A stretch of DNA of 64,000 nucleotides from a virus: the UHGV virus genome UHGV-0049167. The stretch is one strand, 5' to 3'. The position numbers and the translations under genes were made by a program. Positions 18,790 to 30,800 of this stretch are shown here, piece after piece. Positions within the stretch are counted from its first letter, which is position 1. Each line of letters starts with the position of its first letter. Below the pieces are notes generated by a model. The model did no database searches and was not told the DNA's origin. It worked only from the letters and a program-made list of their open reading frames with translations.

Positions 18790-19398
18790 TCATATCTGGT
18801 CTGTCATTCTGTGATAAAAGTCCAATTTTATATTGTCATATACTGCGCTGACGTTGGTGTAGGCTCTTCCGTTGTTCGCACCGTTCTCATTGTACAGCTC
18901 TCCCTCTATTACTTTCGCCACCCATTCTGTCCATTCCGGATTACAGTACTCCGAGAGCTTTTTCCCACGGTAATGGAAATTGTCGAACTTGCTGTTCCTG
19001 TCCTCATACATGTTGCTCAGCAGGGTGCGTATCTTAGCCTTTGTCCTTTCCTTGTCGGCTATATGGTTCTCCTCCCTTATTTTCTTCAGGAGTCTGCATA
19101 CTTTCTCCACCGCAAGGTCAAAGAACGCTCCGGATATGTTCTTTATCCGCAGTTGTGTCTCAGGCATCAGTCCCTCCGCTATCGTCACCATGACGTGGTT
19201 GTTGTTTTCCAGCTTTCCGTTAAGCTCGCGCAGCTCGTCAGTGTAGGATATTATGTTGCTTATCGCTGATTTGAACCAGCGGAAACATGCAATCATCAGA
19301 CCTGAGGCGAGCAGCAGGAACACCGCGCAGATGACCATCATTATTCCATAGTCGCTTATGCCTTTTGCGACCTCCAATGTGCTTTGTACCTCGTTCAT
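18790..19398 (-). CDS. membrane-anchored protein of the lysis cassette
   Basis: ORF table start 19479 overlaps holin by 85 nt; ATG at 19398 gives ATGA coupling with holin stop; N-terminal TM helix (GIMMVICAVFLLLASGLMIACF). Confidence 0.45.
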   Translation of the reverse strand: MNEVQSTLEVAKGISDYGIMMVICAVFLLLASGLMIACFRWFKSAISNIISYTDELRELNGKLENNNHVMVTIAEGLMPETQLRIKNISGAFFDLAVEKVCRLLKKIREENHIADKERTKAKIRTLLSNMYEDRNSKFDNFHYRGKKLSEYCNPEWTEWVAKVIEGELYNENGANNGRAYTNVSAVYDNIKLDFYHRMTDQI

Positions 19399-19628
19399 AT
19401 CATCATCCTTATGCATTGTCCCACAACTGTTCCGACTGTTGTCAGCCCGAAGTCTGTCCAGTCCCATTTGCCGCCCCATTGCCTGTCTTTCAGTTCAAGG
19501 GCTGCCGCAACGCCTATGCCTGCGTATGCCGCACAGTATATATCATCCGCTCCCATACCGATAATCAGACCGCCAAGCAGATGCTTCCATCGGTTGCTTG
19601 TCTTAAACCACATTATAATCTTGTTCAT
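19395..19628 (-). CDS. holin-like small membrane protein
   Basis: ORF table start 19721; ATG at 19628 (MNKIIMWFK...); hydrophobic segments LLGGLIIGMGA and GLTTVGTVVG. Confidence 0.45.
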   Translation of the reverse strand: MNKIIMWFKTSNRWKHLLGGLIIGMGADDIYCAAYAGIGVAAALELKDRQWGGKWDWTDFGLTTVGTVVGQCIRMMI

Positions 19629-19710
19629 TCTCCCTTGTTTTTTTATTCGTACATACATCAAGTCAAATGATAGGGCAGGGCATATGAGTCCCTGCCCTGG
19701 ATGCCGGGAA

Positions 19711-19974
19711 TCAAACCACAAGCATCGCCACTACTCCAATGACAGCTCCCGCGAGCCACCACAGCAGGTTCTTCCACTTGTACGTGTCCTCCGTGGTGAC
19801 ATGTCTCACCACCTCGGCGAACGCTCCGAAGAGCATAGGTGTGATGATTCCCATTATCCACGCGTTGACGCTGCCGAGGCTCTGTTCCTGCCACATGTAC
19901 AGCATTGCGATTACCAGTCCTGCCACGAAGCCGAACCATCTGTTTGTCACGAATCTGATAACTTTTTCCTTCAT
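19711..19974 (-). CDS. holin-like small membrane protein
   Basis: 87 aa with three hydrophobic helices (FGFVAGLVIAMLY, IMGIITPMLFGAF, WWLAGAVIGVVAMLVV). Confidence 0.5.
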   Translation of the reverse strand: MKEKVIRFVTNRWFGFVAGLVIAMLYMWQEQSLGSVNAWIMGIITPMLFGAFAEVVRHVTTEDTYKWKNLLWWLAGAVIGVVAMLVV

Positions 19975-19991
19975 AGTCTTTGGTTTTTAAA

Positions 19992-20648
19992 TTAAACAAG
20001 TTCCACATATAATCCCACGAGCTCACTCAGATTGTGAGACATCGGAATCTGACTGTCTCTTGTGCATTTGTATTTTATTTCATCCTGTATGTAATACTTA
20101 CCGTTGAACAACTCCATAGGCGGTGCGTATGGTATCGGGTCGTCCTCCGTGCCCTCATGTTCCTCGTCAATATGTTTCCATATAGATGCGGTTTCCAAAG
20201 ACGGACGCCAATTTGCCTGCGTCTTATGCGTTGTAAGTGCTTCCCAAAGGTCATCGTCACAGTTGTACTTTTCGCCTTTGTTGACGTCAATTCCTTCTTT
20301 CCATTCGGGATAAAACTCCTTAACTTTCAGAGCCTCGTTGTTAGACAGCGACATGGTGTTTATCTGTGCCTTTGTGTCTGCTGTCAATATCTGCATGGAT
20401 AATACCTTTGCAAAGTCCTCATTTGGCTGCACGTAATCTTCTCCGTGTGTCCATGCCTCACTGTTCATAAGTTCCGTGAACTCGGCATTGTCGAACTTAT
20501 ACCTTTTTAAGGCATTAAATTCGTCAATATTCTTTACATACTCTTCGTGCAGCACTACTTGTGTCTTATCCACTGACTGACGCATTGTCGGAATAATCTC
20601 AATTCCGTGCGCCTTTGCTTGTGCTATTGTTGCTATTACAAATTTCAT
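19992..20648 (-). CDS. hypothetical protein
   Basis: 218-aa ORF between tail-fibre-like genes and the lysis cassette. Confidence 0.45.
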   Translation of the reverse strand: MKFVIATIAQAKAHGIEIIPTMRQSVDKTQVVLHEEYVKNIDEFNALKRYKFDNAEFTELMNSEAWTHGEDYVQPNEDFAKVLSMQILTADTKAQINTMSLSNNEALKVKEFYPEWKEGIDVNKGEKYNCDDDLWEALTTHKTQANWRPSLETASIWKHIDEEHEGTEDDPIPYAPPMELFNGKYYIQDEIKYKCTRDSQIPMSHNLSELVGLYVELV

Positions 20649-20653
20649 ATTCT

Positions 20654-21739
20654 TTATTCTGTTGTTTGTTCACTCGGTAATACATAGTCTGCGTCTATAT
20701 ACTTTCTTATAAATGCCTTTATCTGTTGCTCGTCTAATGAGCGGTCAAAGAGGTAGGCGGAGTAGAAAACTATTCTTGCACATAAACCGTTGTTGGCAAC
20801 TCTTACCTTACCGATAGTTACATCGTTTAAATTCTGGCTTTTCAAGCTACCCTTTGATATAGAAATTCCATTATAAGTCGTACTATTTACATATACAATA
20901 TTTTTTTCAACTGACGCAGGCGAATCTAATTCAGTACTTGTTCCAAATAATATTATAGCGTTATTGGGATAATCTGTAGAGTTCGGTGCTCTTTCAAAAC
21001 CTAATATGTTGAAAGACGCATTATTACTATTTTGAAGTGAAATTCCAAATGGCAGTGAGATACCTTTGTATGAATAATTAGTATATTCTCTTACCATTAT
21101 ACATGTAAGTTCGTCAATAGTTCCGACTTGAGTTACTCCGTAATCATCCACGCCGTCAAAGACAAGAGCATCGGGGTATTCGGGGAGGAGTTGAATGGCA
21201 ATATTCTTAAAATTCCCTTTAATAAATGGAGCTCTATTATAAGGACTATCCGACATTGTAGATTGAGGAACTGTATAAATTCCATCATTACGAATTTCTA
21301 TATAATTCCATCCTAAAGAACTTGAACCTAAACAATAATAAATTCGTAAGTGTTCATCGGCATTAAGTCCAATTACTTTTATTTTGTATTCATTCCAAGT
21401 CCAATAGGATGAAATCCTTTCTAAATTAAGTGTCCCTGTAAAATTTTCTATTTTAATAGAAGTTTCAGTAACTTCAAAATTATATGTGTTGTAATTAAGA
21501 TAGTTTTTACCATTTAATTTAGTTCTATATCCCCCATACCCGCTCATTTTGCTAAAAGCAAAGTTATTCAGCGTAATATCATGCCCATTACCCGTCAAAT
21601 CACGCAATACATTTCTATCAGCATCATCATTGCTCTTTCCTGCCGCCGACCATGCCGCGATAAGTCCCGGGTAATTTATGTTGCTGTCGCTCTTTTTAAG
21701 CGCGTTGGCTATCATAAGCCTGCGTCTATATATGCTCAT
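20654..21739 (-). CDS. putative tail fibre / receptor-binding protein
   Basis: 361 aa, Asn/Ser/Tyr-rich, last of a run of co-oriented tail-like genes; assignment by position only. Confidence 0.35.
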   Translation of the reverse strand: MSIYRRRLMIANALKKSDSNINYPGLIAAWSAAGKSNDDADRNVLRDLTGNGHDITLNNFAFSKMSGYGGYRTKLNGKNYLNYNTYNFEVTETSIKIENFTGTLNLERISSYWTWNEYKIKVIGLNADEHLRIYYCLGSSSLGWNYIEIRNDGIYTVPQSTMSDSPYNRAPFIKGNFKNIAIQLLPEYPDALVFDGVDDYGVTQVGTIDELTCIMVREYTNYSYKGISLPFGISLQNSNNASFNILGFERAPNSTDYPNNAIILFGTSTELDSPASVEKNIVYVNSTTYNGISISKGSLKSQNLNDVTIGKVRVANNGLCARIVFYSAYLFDRSLDEQQIKAFIRKYIDADYVLPSEQTTE

Positions 21740-23430
21740 GCCGCACCTCCCATGACTGCTATATTATTGACTATGCTCACTTGATATGTCTTGCTTGCTT
21801 CTATGGTGCTGTCGCCTATCCACTTTACGTCATCGGGCAGCGACAATGTGGTCGGAGTCGCACCGCTTGTGAACTCGAACATGTATTCCTCCCGTATATC
21901 CGTGTCTCCGCTGGCGAATGTAAGTGTGAGGCTTGTCACCTCTCCGAACACATAGAGTATGCCCGGCTTCAGTTCCTGTGTCACCTCGCTGCCCTCAACC
22001 TCCACACGTCCGCGCATATCGTCAATTTCCTTTTTTGTGTAATATCCCGAAAGGTCTGTTGCCGGATAGAACCCACGGCTCATACTCAGACCGTCATCAT
22101 GACCTTCGGTGCACCAATATGCCATCTTGTCCTGTACCGAGTAGAACAGGCGGTTATGATAGCCTGTGTCGTACGCATCAGGGCTATCCCAAAAGCCTGT
22201 TCTATTCCACTCCGAATAAAGCTTCCCTGTCTCTGATTTGTAAGCATAGAAAGCATATCCGGCAGAAGTGCCTGTGAATTCAGCGCAAACACCGTCGAAA
22301 TCATCTCCCGCGTTCTCTCCGTGGGCAATCTCATGTGACAGCTTCGTTGAAATCCATAGCAGCGGAAGCACATGCCTTCTGTTCAAATCACGTACGGGCA
22401 TCGTCCCTCCGCCTCCGAGCAGTATGTCCTCATCGCTCTTGCCCTTGTATGCAAATGTCTTGCTCCATTCGGGAATAGAATCTGGATAGTCATTGCCCAA
22501 GGAAAGACTGACGCGCTTTTTGATATATTGAGGCTGGTCTCCATTAAAATCAACCATCCCCCTGCAGAAGGAAATTGTATAATGATTGTGATGGTCAATT
22601 GCATGCTGGTCAAGAAAATCTATAAACAGATGTTCCCTTGGGTCAATCTGTCCATAAAGCCGATGCACTCCGGAAAGAACTCTTATGTCGCTTACGTCAA
22701 ATCTGTAGTCTCCAGCATAAGGTAAATCTCCAAAAATTACATTATCCCCGTAACTTTCATCTTTGTTGTATGCCAATCTCGGTAGATATAAGGCATAGTT
22801 TTCTTTTAGACATTCTTCTGCTGTGGCAGGATATGATAAGTCAGTGCTCTTTAATGCAATTCCTATCATGCCATCGTATCCACGAAGCCAAACCGGATGA
22901 CCCTTGACAAGTATCTTCTTTTTCAAGGCATCGGTGTCTCGCATATCAATCACCTCATGCCCTCCACCCGTAATAAGAGCCGCCCATTCCTCTTCCGAGC
23001 CTTCATACCCGTGCAGCACGGCTATCTCATAGGCGGACAGACCGTTGCCCGGCACACTGATGTCCATGTCAAGCTCGATGTTCACGGTGCCGGTCTCCAC
23101 ACCCTCGTCGCTGCTTATTGACACAAGCTCGAAGGCGCATGCCTCATCCACGGTGTTGCGGTTGTTGTCGCCCCAATCCTCGGTAAGTGTCACCGTATAC
23201 GCGCCTGTCCACTGCTGCTGTGTGCCCGTCCATCCTGCTATCAGCTCCTCTCCTGACTGTACTACAGGAAGGCTCACGCTGCCGAGAATGTTGCGCAGCA
23301 TAAGACCTATTTTCTTTCCCTCGAGGTTCTCTGCACCGCCACGGCGTGTAAGCCTTATGCGCAGAATGATGTCGTTTCCTATTCTTATACGTCTCATGGT
23401 CTGTCTCCTTTCTTTACTGTTCCGGCTCAC
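21736..23430 (-). CDS. putative tail/baseplate protein
   Basis: 564 aa, ATGA overlap with downstream gene; contains an HEIAH (HExxH-like) motif of uncertain meaning. Confidence 0.4.
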   Translation of the reverse strand: MSRNSKERRQTMRRIRIGNDIILRIRLTRRGGAENLEGKKIGLMLRNILGSVSLPVVQSGEELIAGWTGTQQQWTGAYTVTLTEDWGDNNRNTVDEACAFELVSISSDEGVETGTVNIELDMDISVPGNGLSAYEIAVLHGYEGSEEEWAALITGGGHEVIDMRDTDALKKKILVKGHPVWLRGYDGMIGIALKSTDLSYPATAEECLKENYALYLPRLAYNKDESYGDNVIFGDLPYAGDYRFDVSDIRVLSGVHRLYGQIDPREHLFIDFLDQHAIDHHNHYTISFCRGMVDFNGDQPQYIKKRVSLSLGNDYPDSIPEWSKTFAYKGKSDEDILLGGGGTMPVRDLNRRHVLPLLWISTKLSHEIAHGENAGDDFDGVCAEFTGTSAGYAFYAYKSETGKLYSEWNRTGFWDSPDAYDTGYHNRLFYSVQDKMAYWCTEGHDDGLSMSRGFYPATDLSGYYTKKEIDDMRGRVEVEGSEVTQELKPGILYVFGEVTSLTLTFASGDTDIREEYMFEFTSGATPTTLSLPDDVKWIGDSTIEASKTYQVSIVNNIAVMGGAA

Positions 23431-24823
23431 CGTAGCCGTTTATATCTGTGTCTGCCTCTATATATGCTCTGAAACCGTTCGCTTCCTGCGGTTCCTGAAG
23501 ATGATACACAAGACCTCCTGTTCCAAGCGTGTATGCTCCGGCAGGCACTGTTGTTTTGCAGTAGAATCCCTTCATTGTGACCCCATTATATGTCACCGGC
23601 AGCGGTTCCGTCTCCCATTGTGAGACATTGGCTATGATATACTCGGAAGCGGGACTGTCACCGCCCGGTTTAAAAAGATACGGCTTGCCAGCCTCAATTG
23701 ATGTGACTTTGGTAAAGTGCAAGGTTTTCCCTTCTATTGAAGTATATTCCGAAACCTCCGTCCCTTCACCGAATACGCCCGCTATGTCCGTCACGTTGAA
23801 CGGCAGGCACAAAGAGTGCCAGACACCCGCACCGAACGTCCTTTTAAGCGTAACGGACACTGTCAGCCCGAGCTTTGCGCAGCTCTCTATCACGGTCTGA
23901 TTATAATGTCCGTCAGACGACTGGTCAAGAGTGACGGCAGAGAGTGGGGTGGAGGAGGCTGTCAGTCCGGCAATGTTCTCCGGAGGATATGTGAAATACC
24001 ATCGGAAACCTTTCATCGTGTTCACGCTCACGTTTGAATGGTACAGCTGTCCCGAGCTGAACAGATAGCATCCCTCGGGCAGAGCGTATATCTTGCCGTA
24101 TGAAGGATGGAACTTAAGTGAGCCGTAAGCAGGCTCAGGCGCGGCAGACACGACAGAGTCTATGTCCTCGAACACATACACACTGTCTGATGGCGGGTCA
24201 GCTGTCGGGACGACGACATAGCATTGTCCGGCATCCATGCCGTCCGTCACTTCGGTAAGCCGCAGGTTCGGGTCGTCTGTCAGACCTCCGTATGCGTAAA
24301 CTTTTGTCCCCTCACCGAACGCAGCCGCAATCTGTGCGGTGCTTAAAGAGAACGGCAGTACGAACGTGTTGTAGATGTCCTTCTTGACACCGCTTCGTTT
24401 TACCTTTACCGTCAGTCCGGTGCCTTCCACCGCGTTTACGGGTGTCTCGGACTCCTCGTCAAGAATCAGCTCGGATGTGCTGTCACGCACGCACGCCTTA
24501 TCCGGCAGGCTCTCGCATTCAAGGCGCATCCGCAGCCCTTTGTCAATTTCCAGCATATGGAGCATGACGCTTCCTTCGCGCCTCTCGTATCTCGACCAAG
24601 TATGCGTCACGGTCATTCCCATGCCCGGCAGTCCCGCATACAGTGTGATACCGCTTTCCGGCTCACCGTCTATCTGTAATATTCCCTCACCGCCATGTGT
24701 CCATTCCGCATGCCACATTCCTCCGGTTTTGGAAAAGTTCAATGTTGTCAATGTCATATACTGTCCTCCTGTTTTTTTATCATAAATATATGTTTCCGTT
24801 CGTGTCCGTGTCATCATCGTCAA
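23414..24823 (-). CDS. putative tail protein
   Basis: 469 aa, immediately downstream of the giant fibre gene. Confidence 0.4.
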   Translation of the reverse strand: MTMMTRTRTETYIYDKKTGGQYMTLTTLNFSKTGGMWHAEWTHGGEGILQIDGEPESGITLYAGLPGMGMTVTHTWSRYERREGSVMLHMLEIDKGLRMRLECESLPDKACVRDSTSELILDEESETPVNAVEGTGLTVKVKRSGVKKDIYNTFVLPFSLSTAQIAAAFGEGTKVYAYGGLTDDPNLRLTEVTDGMDAGQCYVVVPTADPPSDSVYVFEDIDSVVSAAPEPAYGSLKFHPSYGKIYALPEGCYLFSSGQLYHSNVSVNTMKGFRWYFTYPPENIAGLTASSTPLSAVTLDQSSDGHYNQTVIESCAKLGLTVSVTLKRTFGAGVWHSLCLPFNVTDIAGVFGEGTEVSEYTSIEGKTLHFTKVTSIEAGKPYLFKPGGDSPASEYIIANVSQWETEPLPVTYNGVTMKGFYCKTTVPAGAYTLGTGGLVYHLQEPQEANGFRAYIEADTDINGYGEPEQ

Positions 24824-27800
24824 TGCGATTAATCTGTATCATCTGCACCCTGTCATAATTCATGTATACGGCTGTTGTCGTTATCATGCTGCCGTAGTAT
24901 ACGGTGCCGCTTCCCGGTTGTACGATTCCGATGTTCGAGAATCTGTATACATTGCGCGAGCACCATTGTCTGGAGAAATCCACCTTTTCCGCATAGTCAT
25001 CCTCATATCGCGTATAGTCCATTGGCGGTGTGTCCATAGGCGAGCCTATCATGAACGATTCCGGATTGTCCTGCGCCCACATTCCTGTGACAGCCTGTGC
25101 CGTGGTCACATTACCCTGCTCCATGAACCATCTGCCGTTCGCGGCTCTTGCAATCTCCGGAGTGGAGGCGTAGTCACCGCTGAGATATGTGTCGTTTACG
25201 CGCCCTGCAAGATACATGTACAAAGGTGTTTTCGTGTACACATGACCATATTGGAATATGGTGTTCATTATCTGTTTGTTGCCAACGATGTCGCCTACGG
25301 TGGAGAATGTGGCCCCTGTCAGCTGCAGGCGTCCGTATTTGCTGCTGGTCTCCCACCGTTCTTCCGAGACATCCTTGCCGGACAGTCCCCACGGTCCGAG
25401 GTCATAAAGGAACGTACCGTCATTGTCATAATAGGACAGTACCATGTATGAGCCGTTATATCCCATTTTGATGTTGGTCACACCGTTAGGGTTCTTTACC
25501 TCAATCAGTCCTCCCTTTATCTCCACATGCCCCTGTCCTTCGTCCATCGTGCGGAGCATCACACCTGTAAGGGTGCCCGCCTCGTCGATTGTGGTGACTG
25601 TCTCGCCGGAGTTGTTCTGTATCTCGAAGTTGTCGGCAGTGACCTTTATGCGCTTGTGTTCAATGTCTATCCCTGTCGCCTGCAGCTCGTCGCGCGTGAT
25701 TGTCTCCGAACGCCAGTCGGTCGCCTCGCTGCCTTTCTCCAGCTTCACTCCGCATATCCAGACCTCTCCCTGTGCAGAACTGTCCGGCATGAGCCGTGCC
25801 GCTATCAGGCTCTTCCCTCCGCTTACGTCATTGCGAGTGCTCCATGTCACCTGATAACGGTTCCATCCGCTTTCAAGCGTGAACTGCACGAATCCGTCTG
25901 TCACACCTGTCTGGTTCTTCGTCCCCGGACTTGTGACCCAGTCGGTGCAGTTCGGATAGAAGTACGAGCCGATGCTGCCTGTGCCGCGCGCCCAGAATGA
26001 GAGCGTATACTGTACGCCCGGCTCGGGCACCACGTTGCGCCATGTGATGACGTCCTTGTATGATGTCCCGGCTTCGTTCACACCGTGTGCCACGCTTATT
26101 TTTTCTCCGTAAGGTGTCGTGTATGCTCCTGCCTCTACGGTATCCTGTACGGTGCATTGGCTGAAGTCCGATGTTCCTGGAAGAAGATTCGGTCTTTTAA
26201 GCCTGTCCTCCGCGCTGAGTCCCCAGTCTGTCGCGTCCGCACCTGTCTCTATCTTGGGACGCGACACGGACGAGTATCCTGATGATATGCCCTGTATATA
26301 CAGGTTACACTGCTCTACCGACGCCACAGCCTTGTCCTGTATCCTGTGTGTGGAGCTTATGCGTCCCTCGAACGTGTCCGTGGATGTTATCTGCCTCCAT
26401 GTCCCGAGATACTGCGTACTGCCGTCGGCATACCGTATCATGGGCTCCATGCCGATACGTCTGTTGCCTGATGCTGCCGGAACCGCAGATACGGTCTTGA
26501 CAAGACATGATACGGTTATTGTCTTTCCGCGCAGGCTTGACACATCCCCGATTGTGTAGACCTTGTTCCCGTTCCCTGTCAGGAATATGTCAGGAGTGGT
26601 CACCATGTTTCCGTCCTTTGCCCCAAGATAGCCGACTTTAAGGCTTATGCTGTCCGTCTCAGCCTTAATCTGCGATGAGAGTGCCATGGACGATACAGTG
26701 AAGGACAGGCGGCAGCTCACACTGCGGGTCTCCCCGCCCAGCGTTGCCTGTGCCGTAATCTGTACCCATCCCGCTCCGTATGGCACCGAACCTCCCCAGT
26801 CTGCCGTATATGTCCCTATTGCGGTTATTGTAACCTGTGCCCCGTTGCGTGACGCAAGACAGTGCATAGGCTCTATGGCGGTAATTGTGACAGTCATCTC
26901 GCGCGTGCCGAGCCATGCGCGCAGACGTGATGTCGCATCCTGCATGCTCACCACACCGTCACTGTCAGCCTCCAATGTTATGGCGGCAGGGTCAAGTGCC
27001 CATGAGAAGCCGTCCTGCCCGTCCGTGCCGGGTTCACCGTCACTTCCGTCCGCTCCGTCCTCACCGCGTATCCGTGTCCACTTATATGAGGTAACGCTTG
27101 TCGGGTCATATGAGTTGAAGTCTACGCATTGCCCGAGCCACGCGCCCGGTGTCTCACCGTTGTTTGCTGTGAACGTCTTTCCCCCGTCGTCGGAATATTT
27201 GATGTGAAGGTAGCTTGTCTTTCCGTCCGTACCGTTGGTTCCCGGTATTCCCTGCTCCCCATCATACCCTTGGAAGCGTGACCACGTGTAGTCCGAAGGG
27301 TCGTCGCTGTCTGCCTCCGTGAAGTCAACGTATGTGCCGATGTAGAGGTTGGGAACTTCTGACATTGGAGTCCCGTTGGAGTTTGCCGAGTATTTAACAT
27401 GGAAATATGTCGTACGACCGTCCTCTCCTGCGGGTCCCGGAACGCCCTGCTCCCCCTTGTCTCCTTTTTCTCCGGTATCACCCTTTATCTTTGACCATTT
27501 ATAATCGGACGGTGTTCCGCTGTCTGTAGGATTCGTGTCTGTAAGGACTCCAATCCAGTCACCGCTGTCCTCTCCGTTGTTTCCGGTAAAGGTGACGCCT
27601 CCGTCGTTAGAGTATTTGATATGGAGATAATATGTCGTGCCGTCAGTCCCATTCACGCCCGGCAAGCCCTGTTCTCCCTGTATGCCTTCAAATCTTGACC
27701 AAGTGTAGTCAGATGCATCAGTACTGTCTGTTTCTGTAAAATCGACGTAAGTACCTATGTATTTGTCAGGCGTCTCGGTCATGGGCGTACCGCTCGCGTT

Positions 27801-30800
27801 CGCAGAATACTTTATGTGGAAGTAGCTTGTACGTCCGTCCGCACCGGGTGTTCCGGGTATGCCTTGCTCGCCTTGCGGTCCTTGTAATCCTTGAAGCCCC
27901 TGCTCGCCTCTATCACCTTTGTCTCCTTTGTCGCCCTTTATCTTCAACCAAGTGTATTCTGACGAGTCTGTGCTGTCGTCAGCGTTGGTGTCTGTCATGA
28001 CGCCAATCCACGCGCCCGGTGTCTCACCGTTGTTTGCTGTGAACGTCTTTCCCCCATCATCGGAGTATTTGATGTGAAGATAATATGTAAGCCCGTCCAC
28101 ACCGTTGGTTCCCGGTATTCCCTGCTCCCCATCATACCCTTGGAAGCGTGACCACGTGTAGTCCGAAGGGTCGTCGCTGTCTGCCTCCGTGAAGTCAACG
28201 TATGTGCCGATGTAGAGGTTGGGTGTCTCGGTCATGGGATTTCCGTTCTCGTTTGAAGAATATTTCACATGGAAGTATGTGGTCTTTCCGTCATGACCGG
28301 GTGCCCCGTCTTTACCGGCTACACCGGGAATACCCTGCTCTCCTTGCGGACCCTGCGGTCCCTGTATGTTTCCGGCATTCACCCACTTGTCACCGTCCCA
28401 CACCCATAAGTCTCCGTCTATGAGCCATGCGTCACCGACCGCGTTGCCGTCCTGCGGGAGTTCGGAAGAGTCATTCTTCGAACCTTTCAGATTGAATGAA
28501 GTCCCGTCCTCTCCACGGAATTTGCTCCATGTATAGTCGGAAGGATTGTCGCTTTCCTGTGCGCTCTCTTTGTTTACGGCTATGCCTATATATTTTGTCG
28601 TGTCTGAAGGGGTCTGATACATAGGCTCACCGTCCGGACTGTCAGAGTAGGCAATCCATGTATAGAGAGTCTCACCGTCCTCGCCCTTTGCTCCCGGCAC
28701 TCCGTCCTCGCCTTTTATCTCTGACCAGGTATAGTCCGATGGATTGTCGCTTTCCTGTGCGGTATTCTTGTTATATGCGAATCCAATGTATTTCTTTCCG
28801 GAAGGGTCGTTGGATATGCCTCCTCCTTCAGCGGTGTCGGAATATCTTATCCATGTGTAAAGTGTCTTCCCGTCCTCACCGGACGGTCCTGGTACACCCT
28901 GTGGTCCCATGTCACCTTTCTCACCCTGCTGTCCGTCCATACCTCTGAAACGTGCCCATGTATAATCAGAGGGGACATCGCTCGCTGTAGGGTTAAAATC
29001 CACGCGTGTACCGATAAATACATCCGGAGTCTCACTCATGGGCACACCGTCAGGATTCGGTGAATATCTTATGTGAAAATATGTGGTTTTCCCGTCTGCT
29101 CCGTCTTCTCCAGCCGGACCCTGTATTTTTCCTGCGTTTGCCCATGCGCTGCCGTCCCATACCCACAGATAGCCGTTCACGAGATACGCGTCTCCTGTGC
29201 TGTTCCCTGTTGGCGGCAGCATGCTCTCGTCATCAACGCTTCCCTTCACAGTGAATGACGTGCCGTCCTTTCCGTCAGTACCTTTAATCCTTGACCATGC
29301 ATAGTCGCTGTAGACGAGAGCCACGTCGCTCTCCGTGCGGTCTGTGCATATGCCGAGCATGAGCCAGTCTTTTGCCGTGCTCTGGGATTTGTCCTTTGTC
29401 CAGTCGTCCGGACCGTTTCCCCATGCAAGGTGCGTGTAGCTGACAAGACCGGAAGTGTCCACATCCAGCTCGCCTCTTATCTTATTGCCGTTAGCCGCGA
29501 ACCATGTCGTGCGGTACTGGCTTAGAGAAAAACTTGTGATTCCGTTGTATTGCGCGAATGACGGACTCTCCAGCTCGGTATCCGGAGTGGAGTGGGCGGC
29601 TATTATTATCGCATGGCTGCGCGCTGTGTCGTCACCACGGTGTCCGCACAGACAAACGCTGTCACCCTCTGCAGGCTCAAGGCTGTCAGCCGCGCACGTG
29701 GCTTCAGACACTTCAATCCAATGGCACTTTCTGTCCTCACCGTCAATGTTCCGTGTTCCGCTCCCTGTTGCCGTGACAAGTCTCCACCATAGTCTGTTTC
29801 CTGCATCATATGATGTCCCCTCGGCAAGATTGGATGTCATTGCCAGAGCCTGGTCTCCGACCTTCCACATGTTCTGCACGGCTCTGCCGTCGCTGTCCTC
29901 CGCCAGCCACCACAGACGCCATGCTCCGCTTATTCTTTCGACAGAGCGTACCGTGCAGTTAGCAGCGGACAGTATCAGTTGACCTCCGACGCTGTTCAGC
30001 TCATCTATGACAAGCTCGAAGAAATGTGCCCTTCCTGTCACGGTCAGCGTTTTCATTGTGGCTTCGTCGGCAAGAAGTTTCTTCAGCCGTGCGGTACCGT
30101 CCGCATCTATGCCGTAGTCTCCGTCTCCCACAAGCAGCCCTTTGAGGAATGTTATAATATCCAAGGCTGTGTCCGGACTGTCTTTCCGCAGAAAATACTT
30201 CGCGCATTGTGCTAAAATGTCACCACGCATGCCATAAGTCAGGGATGTAAGTATCTCTGTTTTTATGGAATCGAGCTGTGCTCTGAATGAGGATTGAGAC
30301 ACGGTCAGGGTGTCTGTTAAATCCACACTTATTTCATAAAGTATGCTATCATCGGCTTTACAAGTATAGTTGCTGACATACAGAAGATGCTCTTCTTGAT
30401 TATATCTTACTGTCAGACGTGTATTTTCATTCAGCAATGAGGTGAAGTCCTCATTTAATGCCAGATATACACGGGAAAATTTTATTGAATATGTGAATTT
30501 CTCATCATTATTCCCTTTCATGTAAGCAATAAGAGCCGCATCCAGTCTTTTTTCCGCTTCCCGTATGTAGGATTCAGGAAGAGAAATGCCAGTTATGACA
30601 AATGTATCGCCTATTGACGGACGATATCCTTGTGCCGCGTTCGGCATAATGACACCAAAGGTATCTGTTTCTTTTTTTACGGCTATCCATACTTCATATT
30701 CGCTGGTGTCCTGCTGGCGTGAAACGTAACTGTTTGTATCACGTGAAGGCAGGATATAGTCTCCTTCATATTTGTCCGCATTAGAACTGTTGACCTTGCG

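Noticed and set aside
21736-23430. Zinc metallopeptidase domain in the 564-aa tail protein (HEIAH)
   Set aside because: A lone HExxH pentapeptide without the downstream third zinc ligand context is common by chance; noted in the feature evidence only.
24918-30215. Many 60-190 aa ORFs on both strands overlapping the giant gene (for example 24918..25451, 25527..26000, 26647..27207, 29455..29982)
   Set aside because: They lie entirely within the 2720-aa ORF, are Arg/Cys/Pro-rich as expected for out-of-frame translation of GC-rich repetitive DNA, and some repeat only because the underlying DNA repeats.
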